NCBI GenBank assembly: GCA_951406725.2
Contig: OX597816.1
Location: 9,486,001 to 9,550,000 of the forward strand
DNA length: 64,000 nucleotides
Direction: 5' to 3'
Source of the DNA: Octopus vulgaris
Taxonomy: Eukaryota
A program made the translations under genes and the position numbers. Positions 53,748-64,000 of this stretch are shown here, piece by piece (the stretch's first letter is position 1; every line of letters starts with the position of its first letter). The notes below the pieces were generated by a model. The model had not been told where the DNA came from. It worked only from the letters and a program-made list of their open reading frames with translations, and searched no databases.

Positions 53748-55949
53748 CATATATACATACACACACAGGTACATTTGTACATATACATTTACGTAAATGT
53801 GTGTGTTCAGATGTATGAATATGTACAAAAACACAATCACATGCATGTATTCATACTCATTTGAAATCACTCACATATTCAGTTTCATATAAAGACATTT
53901 AGCAAATTTCGTTTTTTAATTTTTTTCTTTTACAGTGAATAGCTGTGAATTGCATAAGTAAAAGACCAACCAGTGATCAACCAGATTGCTTAGAAGTAAG
54001 AGATCCTGTTCTTTAGCAGATAAGGTATTTCCAAAAGGTCAAATCTGCAGCTACAAGATAAAAATTAAACAGCAACCCCTTAACAAGGAAACTGAATGTA
54101 GTTTAATGTTTGCCTTGCCAGATGAAGCTAATATTTTTTGCAGTGCAAGTGTACTTCAAAGATTTCTGGTTTTATAAACTTTCACTCAACTAAGCATGAG
54201 ACAATTTCTTTTCTTTCTTCTTTACCTTAATAGAAATATTTGTAATACATGGAGACAAAAAGAGAGACAGATAGACAGACAAACAGACAGAGTGCCAGAT
54301 AGATAGAGAGATAAGTGGATAGATTCATAGATAGATAAATAGAGAAGGGAAGGGACAGACGGAAGAAAAGAAAAGAAGGAAATTGAAAGAAGGGAAGAAG
54401 AGAATGAGTATGCTATGCAATTTTGAAGAGGAGTAAAATATGCTATTATATAGATAAAACAAAGGGAAAATATTTTTTCAGAATTGTTAATAACATTTTA
54501 AGAGGCTAAAATTTTTTTAAATGCAGCAATTATCTTAAAGAACAGTTATCTTAAAATGACTTTGGTAAAAAGTCATCACTTGTAAGTAAATAAGAACACT
54601 CTGAGAGAAAGCAATCTTGGGAGCAATTTTCAGAATAACTTTGCAATATTATGAAAAACACATTACTTAAGATGAGAACTACATTTTTTCCTTTCAGAAT
54701 TAAAAAAAAAATCAAAGCTTCTTAGTGAAAAATTTTAGAAGATTATCTCAGTAGTTAATACATTATTATGGCAATTTTACTCATCAGTAGATATTGTTAT
54801 TATTTTCATACAAGTACGTGTACTCATGAAATCTAAATGCATATTTATTTTTTATAATTAAGAGCAAATTTCCACTGTGCACATTTCAATATTTTAACAA
54901 ATATTCTTTACTTTATTTCTTCAGATTAAATTCAAAATATATATCGTATACCACAAGCAGTGCAGTTCATTCTTCAACATAACTCACTCATAAGCCTAGG
55001 TATATTCCTATATTTCCTCACCTATTCATTCAGAAAAACACACAGACACAAACACAGTAAGAAGTATATACTTTCATAGATATATAAATTCACATAGGTA
55101 ATCATTATGGCAGTGAGAGTAGCTATTAGATTTGTTAAATAAATTCATTCCTTCAGTAATACATACATTCAAATATCATTTTCATTACTTATTTTCTATT
55201 TCATTCACTGAAGCCTAATTTCAACTTTGTTTGGTGCCATCATGACGGTCAATTGTTCAGCTTACATAAGACACTTTGAATATAGCATCATGCAGGCATA
55301 ATTCTTAAAGCTGATTTTTGAAAGGTAAATGCAAATGAAAATCAATATAAAGTTGAACACTAATACATCAACTCAGTAATTTCTTCAACAAGAGACTCCA
55401 AGATTGCAATAGATAAAATATAAGATATCAGGTACGTACACACACACACACATACAAACCAAAACCAAAAACAAACTAGAATGTATTTCTAAAAGCATAT
55501 TGATTAATATATATTCACTCTATTCAGCATAATATAATTAGAAACATTATTCTTACATTGTAAAACATATTCAATCTATAAGTTGACTATTTTAGAACCA
55601 AGAATTGGCAACCTGTCAGATATCTAAAGACAGAAGAATAAAGGATAATGATTATCAGAAATAAAAAGTACAGAAATATTTATTTTTCAAAATGATATAT
55701 GTATAGTATAGAAGTAATAATAAATTGGAAGATTTGATATGAGGAGGCTATGACAGCATAAAATATAATAAGTCAGTATCAGTTATAGATGTATAAGCAT
55801 TCACATTTATGAAAATGCAACATATCATAATTATCTTACTCCTTTTCAGCCATGCTGAAGCAACAATTTAAGTGATCACATCATTTTTCAGAACTTATTT
55901 TAGGCTAGCACTCAATGCATCGATCCTATTTGTTGATCTGCTAAGTTAC

Positions 55950-56168
55950 TGCATCCTTCAAAACTTCAAAACTTCCATGCTTTCTGAGATTCGCCAACAC
56001 TACACCTGATTTTCTCCCCTCCATACACACACAAACATGTATCTGACTCAAACATTGTTCGCTTTCCAGACATTTTTACATTACTGCATGTACTTTATAT
56101 GCACTTTCTGACAAGTTGTGGTGCACCTGAGCACTGTATACAATAATTTCATTATTATTATTATTATA
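55950..56168 (+). mobile_element. CR1/L2-type LINE 3' tail
   Basis: Ends ...gtggtgcacctgagcactgtatacaataatttc(att)n; resembles the tail of 42552-43185. Confidence 0.55.
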
Positions 56169-56264
56169 AAGAACCATAACACAAAGAACGCTCACAGACA
56201 CATATATATCAATATGTAATTGTGAGATCCAAAGATCTAAGTGTAGGAAGTTTAGACATATTAG

Positions 56265-56297
<33 letters not shown>

Positions 56298-58063
56298 GTT
56301 TAACATCCACCTTCCTATGTGTGTGTGTGTGTGTGTGTGTGTGTATGCATATATAATCTGCAAGATAGAAAATGGAATCCATGAGACTCTATATTCAGAA
56401 CCACTATAATTGTTTTGACCCATCATGCACTGACACCTTATAGGTGAGAGGCTGCACAAACAATTGTCATGCATCCTTGATGCAGATGTGTCTCCTCAGG
56501 TGAAAAGCACTTCGTTTTTACAAGCTGTTTGACTTATCTCTATAACAATACATTTTGGTAAATGTAGCATACTAGCATGTATATATATCATGAATGAGTT
56601 TCATTTACTAATTTCATTCACTCAAAATTGGTCAGCCTGATACTATAGTTGAAGAAAATTTGTCCAAGTTATGGTGCTTGAATCATTGTCTTATGCATAC
56701 AGCAATGCATGGATCAATTATACCGAATTTAACATACACACAAACACAAATAAAAAGCAAGTTGTGGCAAAGTTGTTTAGGCACTGAACTTATAATTCAT
56801 AAGTTAATAACTTCAAACCCTAACAAAATATATACATATTTAAACTTTCAACACTTCAAGAAAATAAATACTAAATACTCACTATAATAAAGTTGTTAGC
56901 CAAAAGTATAAATATCTAATGATACAGCTTTACCAAGACCACAAGATGGCATGCAAATGGAGTTTGACAAATCAGACCAACTTGTACAGTATGCAGAGAG
57001 GTGTGTGATGTGAGATATATTTAGATGGCCATATTGATGAATAGATAAATATGTAGGTAGACAGATAGTTGATTAGATAAGGTGAAATAAAGTAAGAGAG
57101 AGTGGGGGAGATAACAAAAGATGTAATGCGATAAACATTTCAATTTATTCTAGACAGCTGACTAAAGAGGAGGGAAAAAAAAGAAATAAGGATACAAGTA
57201 GGTAGAAGCAGAAAGAAAAACTGATTATATGATAAGAAAGAATTAGATGAAATGATAGCAGCATAAATGTGATTCATATAAAAGGGAAAGAGCAAAATCT
57301 TATCAAAAGTTTCATCGCTAAAAAGATGCCACTAATGGAGCCTGAAACACTGAGGGAATATACTTATGGCTGTCGACAGCAGAAACTAATATAATAAAAG
57401 AGCTGAGGGTAAAGACAGAAGGGAAAGAAATGAAAGAAAGAGATAATCAATTGGATAGAGAAAAGAATTTCAGAGAATCTACTTGTGTGTGTGTGTGTGT
57501 GTGTGTGTGTATGGATATGGAGATGAGTTAGGAGCGAAATTTCCAAATACAATTTACAAAGTCAGAATTACAGCAATTTTTGAGGAGGAATAAGCAAATC
57601 AATAAACACATATTTATGTGTGTATGTATGTACACATATGTAGGTGTGTGTATAATTATATGTAAGAAAATGTACAAAGATATCAATAGCAAGACTGTGA
57701 GCTTATATTTGTGTGTGTGTATGTGTGTGTATATACATATATTGCATTTGTAAGTAAGTATATTTGTATATTCATATATACATGCATATCATATATATAT
57801 ACATATACATACAAATATATATATATATATCTAAATATATATGTATAGATAGATAGATAGAGAGAGAGAGAGAAAGAGAGAGAAATATATGTATGATGGG
57901 GTTCTTTCACCTTCTATCTACGACAAGGCTCTAATCAGCCTGGGGCTATAAAAGAAAATGTTTACCTAGGTGCTACACAATAGGACTGAACCTGAAACCA
58001 AGTACTTGGAAAGCATGCTTCTTAAATGCACAACCTACCTGTGCCTATATATATATGTGTATG

Positions 58064-58118
<55 letters not shown>

Positions 58119-58905
58119 GTATATGTATATACATACTTGTTAAGTACAAAAGAAATAAGTAGAAATTATTTGGTGAAAAATTTTAGATGCAGAAGTAGTG
58201 TTGTGGGATCTCATGGAAAGAAGCCTTTTTATGTAGCAGGTGAACAGGGGCTGTTAGCTTTAAGAGTACACGTGAAATAGATTCTTTCAAATGCTTAACA
58301 TACTGTGAAGAAGTAGTAGAAGGCTTTTGTAATCTAGGTAACCTAGTTAGCAGTCATGATGTTTGTTTTAAAAGTTTAGTGGTGAGTAAGACTGGTGTAA
58401 TGGGGAAGTTCAGAGATCTTTGACTACTGCAGGTAGCAAAAGGACTCTCTCTCTCTCTCTCTCACTGTAAGTAAAGGGTAAATTGTATGATGTTTGTGAA
58501 TGACGTGTGTTGCTGTGTGGTAATGTGATGTATATAATATAACACACCACACACACACCACTCCCTCCACATGCACAGTGGCACACACACACACACACAT
58601 TAAATATAATGTACATACACACATGCATATCTATGCATATATATATATATGTGCACATACTGAAATTAATTAATAAGTACACAAGGGAATGATAATTAGC
58701 ATAAAGCTGTAGAAATTTATACTTAACATGCTCATGAACATTTAAACAGGGTGAGACATTCTCTGAGATAATTGTCTTGAAGAAGATATTCTTATAATTT
58801 ATGTGTGCAAAAATAAACTGAGCTTGACAAAGATCTGCATACAACAGCAAACTGTTTATATATAGGAACAGCAGTTCTTACTCGCCTATGAATAACTGGT
58901 GATGT

Positions 58906-58950
58906 TTGTAACTGATGAAGTGCAGTTATGCTGAAACATGTGTCTTGCAG
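58906..58950 (+). ncRNA. Minimal type I hammerhead ribozyme with a canonical core
   Basis: ttgtaa-CTGATGA-agtg cagtta tgct-GAAA-catgt-GTC-ttgcag. Stem I has 6 bp and stem II 4 bp (both including G-U); stem III ACAUGUGU is self-complementary; cleavage triplet GUC. Confidence 0.65.
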
Positions 58951-59475
58951 TCCAATGATAGCATTTGCATTCCAGCTCAATTTTTTACACTCATAGTCTA
59001 TGACGATAATGTATTTTCTGAGATAATTTCCACAGGGAATATCTTTCCATATGTGAGTGTACATCAGAATGTTAAATATAGCTGTACACAGGTTTATTTT
59101 ATTCTTGCTTAGTGTATAAAAACAGATATGCAGCGAATAACATTGAATATTTTTGGAATCTTTTGCTTGCGCTTGTGGTCATGATGCTCCCACATTCCTG
59201 AGTCTGCAACCAATATTGACACTGGATATCTTATTCTGGCTTGTCTCTGGATTATGTCAATAGGTGGAGAGAGCCTGTGAGGTATTGTGCAAGTCTTATA
59301 AGATCTAAAATATTAGGCTGTTGCTCGGTCAAGTAGGAAGGCACCATAGCAAGTTTGGAAGTTGCATGCATGAACCCAAGTGATGCTAACTGTAGGTGCA
59401 GTAACCTTATGCATGACCACTGCCAACATTTTGCATGGTCAGCGATGGTTTTCCTCAGTCACAAGTGGACAGCCA

Positions 59476-59554
59476 GTGTGTATGTATGTGTGTATGTATG
59501 TATTTATGTATGTATGTATGTATGTATGTATGTATGTATGTATGTATGTATGCA

Positions 59555-59587
<33 letters not shown>

Positions 59588-59802
59588 ATGTGTGTGTGTA
59601 TGTATGTATGTATATGTGTATGTATGTATGTATGATGTATGTATGTATGTATGTATGTATGCGTGTGTGTGTGTGTATGTATGTATGTATGTATGTATGT
59701 ATGTGTGTGTGTATGTATGTATGTATGTATGTATGTGTGTATGTATGTATGTATGATGTATGTATGTATGTATGTATGTATGTATGTATGTATGTATGTA
59801 TG
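59476..59802. repeat. Compound (TATG)n/(TG)n microsatellite
   Basis: Seen directly in the sequence. Confidence 0.95.
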
Positions 59803-60396
59803 CACTCTCTCTACCTACATACATATAGACATGCAATGAGAGAGAGAGTGAAAGAGAGAGAGAGAAAAAACAGAGAGAGAGTGAAAGACAGAGCGAGAGA
59901 GAAAAAGAGAGAGAAAGAGAGAGATGGAGAGAGACGAACAGACAGTATGCATATATATTTGTGCTGTGTCTTCATGTACAAACATATGTTTGTGTTTTCC
60001 CCCATGATATACTTATAACAAGTTGTTCAAATATGTAGATTAAAAGAAAGGTCTGGTCAATGCTTGTTTTTTCCTTGAGAGTACTATAATAGGTTGTGAG
60101 AATGATTGGTTTTATATTGATTAGATATGAATAAAAGATACACAGAGACAGTCAAGATGGAGAAAATGGAATGTATATGAGAAAGAGAAAAAGGAAAAGG
60201 AAATGTGGAAGAAAGAGAAGAAAAGACAATGAATAAAACCAATATCAACATGGAGATGTGTTTAATATAAATTATGAAAATATGTATGTGTGTATATGTG
60301 TGTGTGAGAGCACATATGCATGTATGTGTGTATACATATGTATGCATATATACATGTATATGTGTGTGTGTGTATGTGTGTGTCTGTATATACATA

Positions 60397-61115
60397 CAGA
60401 GGATGATGGATAAATTGTAACCATTTTACATTTTTAATTTCACACATGCACATTATTTCGTTTTCATTTTGTCAGCTACACAGTATAGTAGGGTCAGTTG
60501 GGCACTATCTGTGAGAAAAACAGCACCATGACACAATTCACTCAGCAATAAATTTGGAAATGACATGTTGTACTGTTTTGCATTCATGCCAGAAACTCCA
60601 ATATGAACATTTCAGACTGTTTGGGTGTCGAGCAGAGGGCATGTACTGAAAGTGATGGAAAAATCAAACATCCAGTCAACATCATGCAGTTTGGAGTGAC
60701 AACTAGTGATGGTGACGTTATGCCTCCATTCATCTTCCCACATGGCCTCAGACTCAATATGCAGTCCTAGATTAAGTGCCTAGAGGAGGTAGTCTTGCTC
60801 TGGGTCAAGACGGTAGTTGCTGGAAGACCTTGTCTGGCAACAAGACTCTGAACCATGCCACTCAAGCAAGAGAACCCAGTCATGGCTGTGAAACAATTTT
60901 TGCGACCACATCTACCCTAACATCTGGCCACTTAACTCCCCAGGCTGCAACCTCCTTGATTATTATGTGTGGTTTGTGGTTGAGTGAGAGACCAACAAAT
61001 CTCATTTTAACATCAAAGAGGAACTGAAGACAAGCATGACGGCAGCATTCACCAACTTAAACAAGGAGACCATCCAGAAGAGTCACATGAGATTCTGAGG
61101 TTGTCTGGAGGCATG
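60397..61115 (+). mobile_element. Tc1/mariner-superfamily DD37D (maT) transposon relic, internally deleted
   Basis: KHPVNIMQFGVTTSDGDVMPPFIFPHGLRLN...WQQDSEPCH...IWPLNSPGCNLLDYYVW, with 37 residues between the last two catalytic Asp. Stops and a frameshift are present; the N-terminal HTH part is joined directly to the catalytic part. Confidence 0.9.
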
Positions 61116-62679
61116 TATATATTATACATACAGAAAGAGAGACAGGTAGACAGATAGAAACAAACAGATAGATAAGTAGGCAGAGAGATAGAAGAAAGTG
61201 ATGGTAAGGGATAAAACATAAAATAATAAAAAATCTCTTGAAAGAAAGAGAAAAGACAAATATTGAAAGAGAATTAAATAAGATTCTGAGAAACTGTAAA
61301 TGAAGATTGCATATTTTCTCTCAGATTTGAGGAAAATAAGAAGATTCTTAAAAAAATAAGAAGTCTTGATTAGTAGCAATAGTTCAACAAATGGTAACCA
61401 ATACAGCAGAAATATTTTTATTGATCATATTAATCATATTAATTTACTTTGAGCATAGGAAAATCATTCAAGAAGCAATTATTCCTTTCTGGAAATTTAG
61501 TTTTAACACATGTCTTACATAGAGTTTATTATCAGTGCATAAATATAATTTTTGTATACAAGTACCTTCATTGTAGTTAAGATTTTTGAGATAATTTTGT
61601 CTAAGAACTCAATTATATTCTTTTTGACACTGTGTTAAATTCTAAGTCTTGCTTTCAAATGCAGATAAAAACAAGTGTATGTATGTGTATGTGTACACAC
61701 ACACGCATGAAATCACACACACACATACACATACAAAAATGGGAAAAGCACCTGCCCAAGAACACTTACCAGTGGACACTCCAAGAAGATCTCAAATGCA
61801 CAATAGCCAGTGACATAGGAGTGAAAATAAATAAATGTGTGTGCATGTATGTGTTTTATAGTTATGTTTATATATATTGGTAAAACAACATTTAATTTAG
61901 TAATATTAAATATTGCCTTACTTGTGGGACATCAGATTTGGAGATGTACGTATTTATTGGTTTAACTGTGTGTGTGTGTGTGCTTCTGTGCATATTTTGT
62001 CTTTATAAGCACAAACACCCATGCATTTACATCTGTTTTGATACAAGCAAGTCTGTCTCTAAATGATTCTAAGTAAGTGTAGTGGTGACACTTTCTGTTC
62101 AGAAAACGTATCTTTTAATGTCAAAAGCCTGTCATAGTGCAAATTATAAAAGATCTTGAAATAATGTCCATTAAAGAGGATCATCATTACAAAAAAGTCC
62201 ATTGCTAAAATTGAAAACAAAACAAAAAAAAATTGATAGAACATCAGACAAAATGCTTGGGGATATTCTGGGTTCAAATGCTAACAAGATAGACTTTGCC
62301 TTTCATCTTTCAACAGTCGATAAAGTAATTACCAATTAAACACTGGGGTTGATGCAATTAATCATGGCTTTGTACCTAAGTTAGAAATGATTAGTTTGGA
62401 GATGAAGGAGAGGGAGGAGGAAGAGAATAGAAAGAGGAGGAGGCAGAGGATGCAGTGGTGTTCATATATTTAGGCTGTCTTTGACTGGGAAAGTAAGGAC
62501 AGCTGAAGCTAGGACATTTATTATTTGATTTGGACTCTTACTATTTAGTAGCTGGAGGAAAAACAAGAAAATAATACTTTCTGAAGAATGCAAATCTGGG
62601 TTAGAAAGAAATACAATGTTGTTATTAAGGGCTCTGGAAGTAAACCACTATGGGTGCAATGAAATGAAGAAACAAGTGT

Positions 62680-63200
62680 ATTCTCCGTGAGAAAGCACAT
62701 CCTTAGCATTGCTAGGACCCCATTCTATCGACTTGGATGTGGCCCCAACACCTAATTCTCTACGAAGCTAGAGTGAGGCCTACAATGAAGTAATGCTTTC
62801 ACACTGGTGTTGTCACTAGACATATTCATTCTGGACCACATCAAGAAAAGGACCACTTAACTAATTGGTATTCGATCACTTACAGACATACCCCAGCATC
62901 AAGCCTACAAGCATGCTGTCTCTTCTCTCTGCCTTTCATATAGCTACCAAAATGGCCCCTCTTTATTTGAGCTGTATAGTCTCATACTCCACCACCCAGG
63001 CATCCCCCAACCCACTTGTCTTTCCATAATGCAACCAAACCCCTTGAGCCCTACTCCCACCATCACTAACCATTATACTTAGTCCTTTCTCCTCAGAATA
63101 TCAGTCTTCTGATATTCCTTCCCTGCTCAGGTGTTGATCTGCCACAGTTTAAAGAAAACATTAATGACATTAAGCGCATCAAATTCAGCAACAGTATAAC
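62680..63200 (+). mobile_element. CR1/Jockey-group LINE ORF2 C-terminal relic
   Basis: LILYEARVRPTMK*C..., ILDHIKKRTT*LIG..., HAVSSLCLSYSYQNG...EL, DLPQFKENINDI. Confidence 0.8.
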
Positions 63201-63239
63201 CAGTGTCCCTTCCTCCATACTCAACAAGTAAAGAAAAAA

Positions 63240-63605
63240 AGCTGGCTGTGTGGTAAGAAGTTTACTTCCTAACCACATGGTTCCATGTTCAGTCTCACTG
63301 CAATGTACCTTATACAAATGTCTTCTACTATAGCCTTGGGCTCATCAAAGCCTTATGAATGGATTTGGCAGATGGAAACTGAAAGAAACCTGTCATGTGT
63401 GTGTGTGTGTGTGTGTGTGTGTCTGTTTGTTTCCCCCCACTGCTTGAGAACCGGTTTTGGTTTGTGTACCCTCCCCCTGCAAAAGTGACCGATAGAATAA
63501 GTACCAGACTTTAAAAAAAAGTACTGGAGTTGATTCATTTGACTAAAAAAATCTTGAAGGTGTGCTCCAGCATGGCTACAGTCTAATGACTGAAACAAGT
63601 AAAAT
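63240..63605 (+). mobile_element. Diverged family A SINE
   Basis: Homology to family A. Confidence 0.85.
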
Positions 63606-63954
63606 ATTGGTTTAGATCCGCCCCCACCACTTAGAATCAGTTTATTGAAAAGAAATGAGGCTTTTTAGGCTCTGAACCCTTATACTTACTTTTTTCCAAA
63701 AATATTGTAAGCTAGCATACTCAATTATTTTTCTTTATTTGATAGAATCTTCTCAACATATGCTACCATGGTTCTTCTGGAGTTCTATCGATATATATTT
63801 GAGTTTATATTGATTCCTTTAGGCTAGAGAAAAGATTAAAGCATAGGGCTGTGTTTGGTCACTGCTGGATAGTTTTTCTTTTTTTTTTATATCAGTTGAT
63901 TAAAAAAAAACTATTTTTAAAATATTGAAGCAAAAACGGGGTACTCATTGGAAG

Positions 63955-63992
63955 TCTTCTTTTTTTGTCTTTTACATTTTTTTCTCTCTCAG
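63955..63992 (+). other. Candidate 3' splice acceptor (long polypyrimidine tract plus CAG); an exon would start at 63993
   Basis: tcttctttttttgtcttttacatttttttctctctcAG|acac. Confidence 0.4.
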
Positions 63993-64000
63993 ACACATCC

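Noticed and set aside
59355-60018. Long ORFs (up to 212 aa) and many similar YIYI, CVCV and HTHT ORFs
   Set aside because: They are translations of microsatellites that lack stop codons.

Overview
AT-rich, microsatellite-dense eukaryotic non-coding DNA. It is most likely an octopus-type (cephalopod) genome; this is inferred from the SINE families and not verified. I find no intact protein-coding gene. Almost all ORF-track entries are microsatellite or SINE read-throughs. The window is a mosaic of at least five SINE-like families and of LINE relics (RTE, CR1/Jockey-group, and R4/Dong in TAA repeats). It also holds DNA-transposon relics (piggyBac, a DD37D maT, a hAT, MITEs), a solo LTR and several local duplications. 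A strong + strand splice acceptor at the window end suggests the region is a large intron. Two things stand out. (1) Several Penelope-type minimal hammerhead ribozyme motifs: one canonical core at 58906-58950, one inside a partial tandem repeat at 37.5 kb, and one as the tail of a tRNA-headed SINE with an inverted partner arm at 19.0-19.5 kb. (2) A TSD-bounded solo LTR at 27486-27953 ending in tandem units of [tRNA-Trp 3' complement of about 32 nt + LTR terminus], lying in the spacer of a ~435-bp inverted duplication.
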